A stretch of 64,000 bases of DNA, taken from positions 130,636,001 through 130,700,000 of the forward strand of contig NW_024704742.1 in assembly GCF_018977255.1 (NCBI RefSeq). The letters are read 5' to 3'. The notes below the pieces were generated by a model that ran no database searches, had not been told where the DNA came from, and saw only the letters and a list, made by a program, of their open reading frames with translations. Source of the DNA: Callorhinchus milii (Eukaryota). The position numbers and the translations under genes were made by a program. Shown piece after piece: positions 55,201 to 64,000 of this stretch (position 1 is the stretch's first letter; every line of letters begins with the position of its first letter).

Positions 55201-58200
55201 GAAGAATGATCCATCACAGTAGAGATTGCAGTATTGATATAGATATCTTGTTCAGATTTGTCAGCTTGGACCAGTCAAGCCACACTCTCGCCTCGTGAGA
55301 AGGTTGTGAGTTCATGCCCCGTATGGAAGTCTTACAATCTAGAGGCTGACACTTCAAGTCTTTGGGGAAAAAAAGAGTTTTTCACCAGTGTCCTGGCTGA
55401 CAATTCCCCAAATAAAATTGGTGATTCACTTTATTGCTGTTTGTGGGACATTGCTGTGAGCAAATTGACTGCCACAAAACAGTCACTACACTTAACAGTA
55501 AACCCTGTGAAGCACTTTTGAGCTATCCTCTCGCTGTGAAAGGTGCTGCACCAAATTTAAGGATTTTTTCATTTATCTTGTACTAAGTTAAATGTTCCAA
55601 ATCAGCTAATTTCTTCCATGTTGAAATCAAAGGCAATGCAGCAGAATTTGTTTAAAATCTTGCTTTAATTTTGTTAAATGCTTTCAGCTTAAAGAAATGT
55701 GATCACATGTGTGACTCATTTTTCCCTGACGCGTTTCCTCTGCAAGATCTTCAATTGAATTGTCTGTTTAGAGATTTAAGTTTAATCTTAAAGATTGGTT
55801 TGTGCGTTCTCTGTCTCTGTGAAAGCAGCTCTGTGCGCAGGAAGCCTGGGGCTGGAAATGCTTTCACGGTCTTTAAGACCATTTTCTTAACATTTTAAAT
55901 CATGCCGAATTTGGGGAAATTCTTCGATGCAGAAATAGTAGCCGTAATTTGGAAGCTGAATTTCAACAGTACGCTTAAGCGCTCTGAGACGCTATATAAA
56001 TACTTGTTGTGGTACAAAAAACACTTGTAAATTAGCTTCCAAATTAAGACTGAATGATTGTATATTTGAAGGCAATTGTTCTGAGGCTAACTTAAGGCCA
56101 TGAGAAAACTCGGGCCTATAATCGTAAGTGAAGATATGCTAAATATTTTCTATGATTCAAAAAAAACTGTTTCTGCACTTTCTGCCGCTCTATTAAACAT
56201 CCTTTGGCGCTATATGAAAAAGTATTATTATTATTATCATCATTATTATTGTCCTGTTTTACCTAACTTTAATTCCCTTCTACAGGTTTTACCTAACTTT
56301 AATTCCCTTCTACAGGTGCCTCCAGCATCTGCCAAGCAGCATGGTGTGAACATGAACACAGCTTCAACCCCCTTTCAGCAGGCCGGTGGCTATGGACAAC
56401 ATGGCTACGGTACAGGTATTAAATTCCGCAGAGTAACATCTCAAAACTTGTCGAATCAGCAAAGAGCCATAAAGTTATTGCTTCTGTCTGGAATTCGAGA
56501 GTAATGTGTAGTCTGTTCAGAAATGTTGGTTTACACCTTGATAAGCTTGTCTGTCTGGATGTGATAGCTTTGTTCAGTTAGCTTAGATGTGGGTAAATAT
56601 TGCCTGTGTACACCTCTTCTATTTCTCCAAACATATTATAGAAATCTGCAGAAGCCATGTAGAATTATTGTACTGATGCCTTTTTAATTGATAGTAGGGA
56701 AATTGTTTCATTTCCCACTTTTCCTTTTTCTGCTTAATGATGGCCTAATGACTAGGAGGTAATGTCAGAGTAAACAGATCTGGACTGTTAATATTCCTTG
56801 AATTGTCTAATTGCATAGCTGTAAAACGAGGGTCTAAAGAGGTTTCATCTCCTCCCATCTCAGAGTGTGGACAGCTCAATGGGTAAATGAACTGTCAAGA
56901 TTAGGATTAGCAAAAGCCTAGATTCAGTTGCTTGTCTGAGCTCAGTTAGCTGATCACTCGTAGCGAAAGTTTGTTACTCCTGACCATATTACCCTGAGCT
57001 AGGAAAGGAAATTGATCAGATCCTTTGGGCAGAAACGAAGTCAGTCAGTGGACTGGTTCCTGCATTGATTAATTTCTAGTGACATCCCCACCCTCTCTGT
57101 TGGAAAGTACATGTCAAGTGAAGATTAGTTTATACTCAGCTGGGATAATTCGTTGGTCAGTCGTCAAACAGCCTGCTGACCCCCGCGCCCCCTTTGTCCA
57201 GGCTCATGACAAGGTACCGGAAAGTTGTTAGTGTTCATGGAATTCAGTTTGCCTTCAGAACTAGTGGGTGGGGAAGAGAGAGAGAAAGAACAGCGTGCTG
57301 CAGTAAAGATGAAGGGCTTGCCTCTGTTTTTGATCGGCAGGTTATGATGATTTAAACCAAGGAGGTGGAGCTGGTGATTACAGCAAAGGTGGCTATAGTG
57401 GGTCTACTCAAGCACAAACCAAATCAGCTGGGCCAGGGAAAGGTAAGGCTTCTGCACCTGTGCTGTTCAGGCTCCTTCTGGATCAGGAACGACCTGGTGC
57501 CACCCATTCTTTTGAGGCGAGGGGAGATGACTTGAGAAATCTAAATGATCATTAAACCGTGTTTTGAACAGCAGATTTTGCATTGGGGGTAATAATCACT
57601 TTAAATAAATGATAACAATAATTTGGTCACTCAATCCACAATTGTTTGTGGGACACTGTTGTGCGCAATTGGCCGCCGCGTTTCACCCACAAGATATATG
57701 GTCAATCCACTTTTATGGTATATTCTCTGAAGCGCTTTGAGACGTCTCGGAGACGTGATAAGGCGCTATGTCAAATGCAAGGATTATTATAGATTAGCTA
57801 GATATTTAAAGGGTGTGCTGTAAGAATGTTTGTAAAATCACTTTTTTTAAGATCTTAAATTGTTATTCTATTGATCTAAATCTAAACAGTCTAGAAAACT
57901 GTAGTGTAAAACATTATTGTTCCCAGGATATTGTAATACTGGCTTGCCTTGTGTCTTCCAATATCATTGCTTGCTGCTGTGAAAGCTGTTAAGAAAAGGA
58001 ATATATTTACACGTATTTCTTCCTTTTCCCCTGCCCCACCCTCTGATGGGTCTATGGTAAGTGTATTGTGTGTTTATCACTGAGCAACAAGGTTCAGTTT
58101 TGTGCTGAGTTAGCTAATCTCACTTGGGAGTTGCCAATAAGGATGGGAGCTACAATTTCTCTTGGCCTGTTTAGCCTAAGGAGGGAGCAGCTGCCTAATA

Positions 58201-60215
58201 TACTGTTCCTAATAGCTCTCCATCTACTCAAAGCTTGTGGGTGTGAGAATGTCTCCCCTTGGTCTCTGTTCTCATTAGTGGTGGTCATTTTAATACGTCC
58301 CTTTGAGACTTTTGCTGATTTCAAACAGTAAGGTGGGGTGGGAGGGGAGTAAAGAGACCATTAAAATACAAACAAAGATTTATGGCACTGAAATTTATTC
58401 TCTTACACCTCCATTTTTCCCATACCATTCACTAGCCAATAAATGGAGTGGGGCATTCTCACCAGGATCTAGCAGTCATGGTGTGTAACTCGATCCTGGA
58501 ATGGAATAAATGCTGCCTTGCCACCGCTTCCTCAAGTGAGGTTGTGGAGACCCTGTTCATAGATTATAGATTTATATAAGAATGTTGGCAGCTCCCATTT
58601 AATCTGCATTTTAATGGAACTATAGTAAGTGAGGGATCACAATGCAGAGGGTGGTGGTGCTGTGGAGGGGGTTGGGGGGGTCGGTGAGAGAAGAATTGTC
58701 CTGGCATAAAAATACCGAAATAGAAATGCTCAAAAAAATCCCATTCTTGTCTCCTTGCCCTGATTTTTAGGTATCATTGATTAATGTTTTTTTCATCACT
58801 GCAGTGATTTAATCCGTCTTTTATATTTCAGGTGTCTCGGTCACCTCCACAAACGCTGGTGTACCTGATATCACTGGCTCAGTCTACAACAAGGCTCAGG
58901 TGAATGGATTTTGAATTTAAATTCATGCAAGTAAATCTGTCAGTGATGTTGAGAGGGATAAGTCACATGGTTTTATTGTGCAATCATTTGACATAAATAT
59001 ATTTTTAAAAAAAGAAAAGATTATATCAAGTTTTATCAACCTAGATTTACTATGGTTAATAATGAAGAAAATAAAGAAGGTACATCAAGTTGCTTGTAGT
59101 TGTGTACATTTCTGTAATCGTTAGAAACAACAAATTACGTTTTCATAGTGCCTTTTATGACGGGAGGACATCCCAAGGCGCTGCACAGTCAAGGATTTGG
59201 ACCCGAGTTCGGGTTGGGAGTAGGAGGATGACTGAAGGTGCAGTCAAAGAGAAGGATCTTGAGATGGGATTTGAAGAAGGCAATGGAGGGTGTGAAGCAA
59301 AGGCACTGTGGGATGGAGTTCCAAAGGGCAGGGGCAGAGAGGCTGAAAGCCTGACCACCTATGGTGGGGCATGCAGGGCAGGGGGCCATGGAGCAGGCCA
59401 GAGCCTGCTGAGTGAGGGAAGCGGACAGGTCGGTATGGAATAGTCTTATCGCTACAGAATCTAAGACTAAATACAAAGATCAATGCAAATTGCCTTTTTC
59501 TGAACCATTATCGATGTGTGTAAAGTGCATCACTCTTTATTTGCTCTCTGTCTCCACAGTCCTTTGACAAGCAGGGATTTCATGCTGGGACACCGGCTGC
59601 GTTTAACCTGCCTTCGGCATTGGCCGGCACAGGCCCTCTGAACCCCGCTGCTGCCCCAGGCTACGCCCCAGCACCTTTCTTACACATTGTGCCAGCTCAC
59701 CAGCAACCTCACTCTCAGCTGCTGCATCATCACCTGCAGCAGGATGGACAGGTAAATACTATCCACTAACCATTGCAAAAAAAAATCTGAGAAACCGGAC
59801 AACGTCTTAATTTAGTCCAATCATGTTTACCTAAGTAGGAACTCCTCCAAAAACAATAGAGTAATAATAATAATAATTTGGTCCCTCAATCCACGACCCT
59901 TTGTGGGACACTGTTGTGCACAATTGGCTGCCAAGTTTCAACCACAAAATATACAGTCGATTCGCTTTAGAGCATATCGCTTTGAGACGTCTCAACGGCG
60001 TGTTAAGGCGCAATATTAAATGCAAGGGTTATTAATATATTCCAAAGGGGTCAAAGCATCATTTTTGTTTTTCACGTTGTCGCATTCTCGGTTGCTAACT
60101 GGTGCCCTTTGATTTTCAGGGCGGTTCTGGACAGCGTAATCAGCAGAGCAGCATACAGCAGAAGTCTCAGGCTAACAAACCCAACTATGGCAGCTCTCCT
60201 TACTGGGGGAATTAA
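16143..60215 (+). CDS. UBAP2: Ubiquitin-associated protein 2, spliced CDS of 27 coding exons (3276 nt, 1091 aa)
   Basis: Hand-spliced exons give [16 protein letters not shown]...[17 protein letters not shown]...(UBA-like [33 protein letters not shown])...RGG region...MGTFNPADY...[30 protein letters not shown]...[19 protein letters not shown]...YGSSPYWGN*. All intron phases are compatible. Recalled motifs fit UBAP2 better than UBAP2L, and intronic SNORD121 supports UBAP2. Confidence 0.93.
19508..20143 (-). mobile_element. L2-clade LINE 3' fragment
   Basis: Minus [23 protein letters not shown]2 tail. Confidence 0.9.
20187..20364. mobile_element. Non-autonomous hAT (Charlie-like) MITE
   Basis: TIRs CAGTGGTGGGCAA / TTGGCCACCACTG, subterminal near-palindrome ggcccgtgggcc; TSD degenerate. 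Confidence 0.65.
20454..20531 (+). CDS. UBAP2: UBAP2 coding exon 2 ([26 protein letters not shown])
   Basis: tttag acceptor, CAA|gtgagt donor, phase 0/0. Confidence 0.95.
20678..20788 (+). CDS. UBAP2: UBAP2 coding exon 3, UBA-like domain ([10 protein letters not shown]...LLEGNSDT)
   Basis: gtctag acceptor, ACG|gtatgg donor. Confidence 0.95.
20990..21530 (+). mobile_element. Older L2 3' fragment
   Basis: [16 protein letters not shown] motifs. Confidence 0.8.
21613..21769 (+). CDS. UBAP2: UBAP2 coding exon 4 ([10 protein letters not shown]...RGKGNRGKE)
   Basis: acgcag acceptor, T|gtaagt donor, phase 0/1. Confidence 0.93.
22640..22717 (+). CDS. UBAP2: UBAP2 coding exon 5 (FRAEENGVD...RGRRGRGR)
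   Basis: ttgcag acceptor, G|gtgaga donor, phase 1/1. Confidence 0.93.
24003..26645 (-). mobile_element. CR1-clade LINE ORF2 fragment, interrupted by SINEs at 24591-24910 and 25447-25553
   Basis: [53 protein letters not shown] motifs. Confidence 0.93.
28383..28440 (+). CDS. UBAP2: UBAP2 coding exon 6, RGG ([20 protein letters not shown])
   Basis: ttgcag acceptor, GG|gtaagc donor, phase 1/2. Confidence 0.93.
30956..31056 (+). CDS. UBAP2: UBAP2 coding exon 7 (TFNPADYTD...NDCDGT)
   Basis: gtacag acceptor, G|gtagga donor, phase 2/1. Confidence 0.92.
31165..31217 (+). CDS. UBAP2: UBAP2 coding exon 8 ([18 protein letters not shown])
   Basis: ttctag acceptor, GAT|gtaagc donor. Confidence 0.93.
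33792..33862 (+). CDS. UBAP2: UBAP2 coding exon 9 ([24 protein letters not shown])
   Basis: aagcag acceptor, AG|gtatga donor, phase 0/2. Confidence 0.92.
35485..35671 (+). CDS. UBAP2: UBAP2 coding exon 10 ([10 protein letters not shown]...QSLVFTNS...SYSQSL)
   Basis: poly-T AAG acceptor, CTG|gtaaac donor, phase 2/0. Confidence 0.9.
36690..37005 (+). mobile_element. L2 3' fragment (preceded by a SINE tail 36525-36640)
   Basis: Similar to the other L2 3' ends in the window. Confidence 0.8.
38378..38687 (+). mobile_element. SINE (short-internal subfamily)
   Basis: tRNA head, Deu core, tail. Confidence 0.87.
38690..39785 (+). mobile_element. L2 LINE RT 3' fragment, second family
   Basis: [26 protein letters not shown]; tail gagacgccatccggcatcgagggcgc. 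Confidence 0.92.
40529..40718 (+). CDS. UBAP2: UBAP2 coding exon 11 ([11 protein letters not shown]...VLSQF)
   Basis: ttgcag acceptor, G|gtcagt donor, phase 0/1. Confidence 0.92.
41835..42088 (+). CDS. UBAP2: UBAP2 coding exon 12 ([15 protein letters not shown]...KRKIPPSSK)
   Basis: ctgcag acceptor, AAA|gtaagt donor, phase 1/0. Confidence 0.93.
42848..42931 (+). ncRNA. SNORD121: C/D box snoRNA, SNORD121 family, copy 1 (intact guide)
   Basis: Perfect 12-bp terminal stem tatccaggaaac/gtttcctggata; C-like box ATGATGT 42861-42867; D' CTGA 42885-42888 preceded by CAAGCACATAT (antisense to recalled 28S UAUGUGCUUG); D CTGA 42916-42919. UBAP2 is the known SNORD121A/B host in human. Confidence 0.88.
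43043..43209 (+). CDS. UBAP2: UBAP2 coding exon 13, conserved Lingerer/DUF3697-type motif ([30 protein letters not shown]); ends at a GC donor
   Basis: tttcag acceptor; phase 2 of the next exon requires the donor AG|gcgagt at 43210. Confidence 0.88.
43394..43469 (+). ncRNA. SNORD121: C/D box snoRNA, SNORD121-like copy 2 (guide altered)
   Basis: Stem caggaaac/gtttcttg; C-like box 43403-43409; D' CTGA 43428-43431; D CTGA 43458-43461; paralog of 42848-42931. Confidence 0.75.
45118..45325 (+). CDS. UBAP2: UBAP2 coding exon 14 (SDSLSQSLS...PPLQVTVK)
   Basis: ctgcag acceptor, AAA|gtaagc donor, phase 2/0. Confidence 0.88.
45945..47170 (+). mobile_element. L2 LINE RT 3' fragment, same family as 38690-39785
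   Basis: [28 protein letters not shown]. Confidence 0.93.
47517..47559 (+). CDS. UBAP2: UBAP2 coding exon 15 ([14 protein letters not shown])
   Basis: ttttcag acceptor, A|gtaagt donor, phase 0/1. Confidence 0.87.
48125..48302 (+). CDS. UBAP2: UBAP2 coding exon 16 ([10 protein letters not shown]...ALSQLS)
   Basis: tttttcag acceptor, AG|gtacgt donor, phase 1/2. Confidence 0.88.
50311..50380 (+). CDS. UBAP2: UBAP2 coding exon 17 ([23 protein letters not shown])
   Basis: gtttag acceptor, GCA|gtaagt donor, phase 2/0. Confidence 0.88.
50719..50905 (+). CDS. UBAP2: UBAP2 coding exon 18 (HTSVDSSLQ...TRATPLVSS)
   Basis: tgacag acceptor, G|gtagaa donor, phase 0/1. Confidence 0.88.
51473..51564 (+). 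CDS. UBAP2: UBAP2 coding exon 19 ([31 protein letters not shown])
   Basis: ttgcag acceptor, CCA|gtaagg donor. Confidence 0.95.
52147..52194 (+). CDS. UBAP2: UBAP2 coding exon 20 ([16 protein letters not shown])
   Basis: caatag acceptor, ATG|gtaggt donor. Confidence 0.94.
52314..53311 (-). mobile_element. L2 LINE 3' fragment nested in an older Deu-type SINE (52225-52313 and 53312-53600)
   Basis: [25 protein letters not shown] flanks both ends. Confidence 0.9.
54348..54429 (+). CDS. UBAP2: UBAP2 coding exon 21 ([10 protein letters not shown]...LANNPYS)
   Basis: tttcag acceptor, G|gtgtgt donor. Confidence 0.94.
54963..55177 (+). CDS. UBAP2: UBAP2 coding exon 22 ([10 protein letters not shown]...FQYGPAMF)
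   Basis: tttcag acceptor, TTC|gtaagt donor. Confidence 0.95.
56316..56415 (+). CDS. UBAP2: UBAP2 coding exon 23 ([10 protein letters not shown]...GQHGYGT); alternative acceptor would start it at 56286
   Basis: Duplicated ctacag acceptor, G|gtatta donor. Confidence 0.9.
57341..57442 (+). CDS. UBAP2: UBAP2 coding exon 24 (GYDDLNQGG...SAGPGK)
   Basis: cggcag acceptor, G|gtaagg donor. Confidence 0.93.
57585..57790 (+). mobile_element. SINE 3' half (similar copies at ~17460-17740, 21777-22073, 41490-41785, 59832-60035, 60968-61275)
   Basis: Deu core and tail. Confidence 0.85.
58832..58899 (+). CDS. UBAP2: UBAP2 coding exon 25 ([23 protein letters not shown])
   Basis: tttcag acceptor, CAG|gtgaat donor. 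Confidence 0.93.
59127..59435 (-). mobile_element. L2 3' fragment
   Basis: [19 protein letters not shown]. Confidence 0.85.
59560..59751 (+). CDS. UBAP2: UBAP2 coding exon 26 ([12 protein letters not shown]...HHHLQQDGQ)
   Basis: ccacag acceptor, CAG|gtaaat donor. Confidence 0.95.
60120..60215 (+). CDS. UBAP2: UBAP2 last coding exon (GGSGQRNQQ...YGSSPYWGN*)
   Basis: tttcag acceptor, TAA at 60213-60215. Confidence 0.94.
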   Translation, partial: GGSGQRNQQSSIQQKSQANKPNYGSSPYWGN

Positions 60216-60437
60216 ACAATTTTGGGACCCACTGTTAGTAACAAGAAGAAAAAAGGATAACCGTGGTCAGCCAAATGTCTGTGTGGGGGGAAAAAATTAA
60301 CACATCTTAAATGTGACAGTGGCCCGCTTTTGATTTGCTGTCGTATGTAATATATTTATGTATGTATTTGTATATGTAATGGTAGAGCCTAGATGTGGTT
60401 TCTGCATTTGAAGCCTATTTCTTTGTAGGGGAAGATT

Positions 60438-60443
60438 AATAAA
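60438..60443 (+). terminator. Candidate polyadenylation signal AATAAA (another at 61341-61346)
   Basis: Hexamer 222 nt after the stop codon; usage not verifiable. Confidence 0.4.
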
Positions 60444-63179
60444 CTCTCCATCAGCAACAATTCATATTTGTTTGAGCTCTGTGGGCTTTACAATTGGACC
60501 GTGTTTGGCAGTATTGAAAGTGGAGGTTGGTTCCGTTTCAGGTTATTTTGTTTGTCATTGGGGTGACAGACCTGAGGAAAAGAAAGAAAAACTCTAGCAA
60601 TCCAGGTTCTGTAACTTTTTTTAAAAAAAATTCCAATGTTACAATTCATTTTTGCATCAAATACCAAATGTGGGACATTGTCATTTTCAAGCTATTCATT
60701 GAAGATTCTGCGAATGATTTGCAAAGAAATATGTTCTGGTCATAAACATAAACTGGTCAACTTTTGTTTAAAAAAAATCATTGTCCTGACGAGAGCCCTC
60801 TCTGTGTATTTATTTGTGACGGTCTTTTACAATTACAAAATGAATGCGTAGGAACCAATGCGTAGGGATTGGTGTAACTTTGATCTTGGTATGCTTCCTT
60901 CCTTGGCCTGTGGTAATAGAGAATTAGTGGGTGGGAGAATGTCACTGAGTTCTAGGTGATGATTTTATTGTAGTTCTATAGTGTATTCGTTAGAGCACTT
61001 GACTCGCAACCCAGAGGACCTGGGTTCAATTCCCCAGGTCAAAATCTTAGGCAAGTTTTTTTTTTACTTCCCACACCTCTGTTTAGTTGATTGGCAGATT
61101 GCTTTTCTGGGTGTAATGATCCCTTCAAAATAAAAAAATTTAAAATAATTTGGTCACTCAATCTACGACTGTTTGTGGGACACTGCTGGGTGCAATTGGC
61201 TGCCGCGTTTATCCCACAAAATAGTCATGTATTTGATACAATGATAAGGCGCTGTATCAAATGCAAGGATTATTGTTGACAGGAAGTATCTATTTAATAC
61301 CCTGCACCAGTATAGTTAATTTTTAGACGTTTTAATTTCCTTTGAACCTAGGCGTATCCCAATAAACATTCCAAGTGGTTGAACAGTGCTATAGGATGTG
61401 TGCGGGGATGTGGGTGTAGTTTACTTTAGATCCTGGTAGCCGTGGTTTGTTGTCCATTGGCATTCACTGAAGACATTTTTTCTCTGCTTTATTGCTTTGA
61501 AGTCCATTGTTTGGTACCATCACGCGACTGCTGCTTCCTCATCAGATTGTGTGTGACTGTGTATGAGTGAGATCATGTTCGGGGATCATGGGGTTTAAAG
61601 GTTCTGGGTTCAGATGACTATGACTGAGCCCACTGAACCCATCACTCTTTCAAGACCATTTAAAATCAGTACAATGCTTAATAGTATCCTGCTTTAGAGT
61701 TGAACTGGTTCTGAGGAGACATACCTGACAAAGATGGGCATATCTGCAGTAATCCACTCAGACTTTGAGAGATTGATGTATCAACCTTGTGAACCAAAGC
61801 TGCAGAGGTCAGGATAGAGCTTGCTGGATAAGCACTTTGCTATGCTCATTTATTGCCATTTATATAGTGTCTGCCAAGTGATGTTTTCTAATTGGTTTCA
61901 TCGTATCTTTAGAGATGGCTGGTGTATTTGTCTTGTCCAAGTCGAACTCAGTTTAGACCCCGTCCATTTAGATCTGTTTTAGAGTATTTTCCCACACACT
62001 CGGTCTCTTACAGAAGTTCTTTATCCCTGAAGATACTTTAGCCTTTTGGGCTGCAGTCGGTGTTTTAGTAAGAAAATAACAAACTTCCTATTTTATAGCA
62101 TGTGTCAAAGCCTTTAGAGTAATTACTATCATATGTAGTGACTGATTTTTGTTGGGAAAAGATAAGTTATTGTGATTCCAGAGCTACCTTTATTCACAGT
62201 TTGGAGAATGGTAGTGATGCTCCAAGTGTCCTGCAGTTTGTATCTTACATTCTCTACAGAACTCCATGGAGCCCTTCCAACAGTGGCTCCATGGATACCA
62301 GGAGCCGGTGATGCACAGGGGAAGTAAAGGGGTGTTTCCTTTACTTTCCTTTTTGATTGTGCTCTCCCCCTGGCTTGTTATCAGACTCTACCACTCTCAA
62401 GCGCTCTGACACGCTACCCTGTGTGAAGGGCACTATATAAATGCAAGTTGTTGTTGCTCAGTCTCCCCCGAATACCGATCAATTGACTGTTCCATGAGGA
62501 TGGATATCCTACTGAAAACCTACGGTATTGAGTCCATTAGGATATAAGAAATAGCCAACTCACTCCATGTGCGAGTGGAAAGTTCTACACAGATGCTCCC
62601 TGGATCCCAAACACTCCTCACAGCTCCATTATTCAAACCTGTCAATCACTACCCTTTTCAAACAAAACTTTGCCCCTGGCCACAGCAGCATGGGACATTG
62701 TCTTTTGTTTCTCTGTTTGGCTCTCCTATATGCACATATACTGTTCTCGCACTGATAACTTTTATTTTAACTAATTTTATTTGGTCAGGTAGGTATCTCA
62801 CATATGTGGAAATACATCACCATCCACCCAGGTAAGTAATAACCATACAAAAGTCTTCCAGATATGTGTGACACCCATGTATGGAAATGTCCCTACCTCT
62901 GAAATGGAAGTGCTTGCTCTATTGAGCAGAAGAACACATCCTGCTTACGTTAGTCTTGAAAATATAAGGCCCAAGCTGGAAATCCAAGTGGGTATTGGGG
63001 AATTGCTGGAAATTAACCAACTACAACCTTGCCACTACAAGCACAGTCTGGCAAACATTCTGCTGCTTTTTAAGCTAGGACCATCGTCTATGTTAGATTC
63101 TGGTAATTCTGAAAATTGAATGGAAAGAAACTCAAGTCCTGATGAGCTAAGTTGGCTGTTTGATCTGTAATATAATACA

Positions 63180-63460
63180 ATACAATATTACATTTGTATA
63201 CTGCCTTTCACATCAGGAGGACGTCCCAAAGCGCTGGACAGTCAGAAATTTGGACCCAAGCAGAGGGGTTGGGATCAGGGAGGGTAGGAATGTGGCTGAA
63301 GCCACGGTCGAATAGGAGCGTCTTGAGACCTTGAAGGAGGCAAGGGAGCAAGACGAAGGGAATGTGGTATGGAGTTCCAGAGAGTAGGAGCAGAGAGGTT
63401 GAAGGCCCAACTGCCGATGGTGGGTGGGGTGCAGCCTGTAATCAAGGTGGCCTGGAGTAC
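63180..63460 (-). mobile_element. L2 3' fragment
   Basis: [15 protein letters not shown]2 tail. Confidence 0.82.
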
Positions 63461-63584
63461 TATGGATCCACATGGCTCAGGAACCAAATTATCAAGCCCA
63501 TCACAGAGCGTTGGCTTGATTCTGAAATCCTGTTCCCAAGCATGTCACTTTGGAGCCAGCTCAGCCCCAGGAGACTCTCTCAAT

Positions 63585-64000
63585 CTCTATTGACAGACTG
63601 GTAAAATGGGCAGATAGGTGGCAGATGAAGTTTAATGTGGAGAAATGCAAAGTAATGCATTTTGAGAGGTAGAATTGCGGAGAGGCCATATAAGCTGATG
63701 TACAATCTTAAAGGGGGTGAAGGAACAGAGTCTGGGGGTTCATATAAGTAAATCTTTGAAGGTGTCAGGACAGGTAGATAAAGCTGTTAAAAAAGCATAC
63801 GGGATACCAGGCTTTATAAATAGGGGCATAGAACACAAAAGTCAGGAAGTTATGATGAACCTTTATAAACCACTGGTTAGGCCTCAGCGAGAGACCGTGT
63901 TCAGTTCTGGGCACCACACTTTAGGAAGGATGTCAAGGCATTGGAGAGGATGCAAAGGAGATTTACCAGAATGGTACCAGGATGGTACCAGGAATGAGGG
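63585..64000 (+). mobile_element. CR1 LINE ORF2 fragment (runs off the window)
   Basis: [19 protein letters not shown]; close match to the reverse complement of 24003-24400. Confidence 0.92.

Noticed and set aside
16143..60215. Assignment as paralog UBAP2L
   Set aside because: Motifs [28 protein letters not shown] and C-terminal SPYWGN, plus the SNORD121 guest, fit UBAP2; a phylogeny would be decisive.

Overview
Eukaryotic (vertebrate) DNA, most consistent with a cartilaginous fish given the tRNA-headed Deu-core SINEs, L2 and CR1 LINEs; the species is not determined. The window holds one complete + strand gene, UBAP2. It has a CpG-island promoter and non-coding first exon (~1.2-1.3 kb), followed by a GC-rich minisatellite, a ~14.8 kb first intron and 27 coding exons (16143-60215). 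I spliced these by hand with consistent phases into 3276 nt (1091 aa plus stop). Most ORFs in the supplied track are repeat-derived or spurious. Most notable points: two duplicated SNORD121-like C/D snoRNAs flanking coding exon 13, one with an altered guide; a GC-AG intron hosting the second snoRNA, with a competing out-of-frame GT donor; an exact 30-bp duplication of a whole 3' splice site; Pumilio-type motifs just before the start codon; a second duplicated hairpin element; and repeated nesting of L2 fragments inside SINEs. I found no wholly new multi-gene system.
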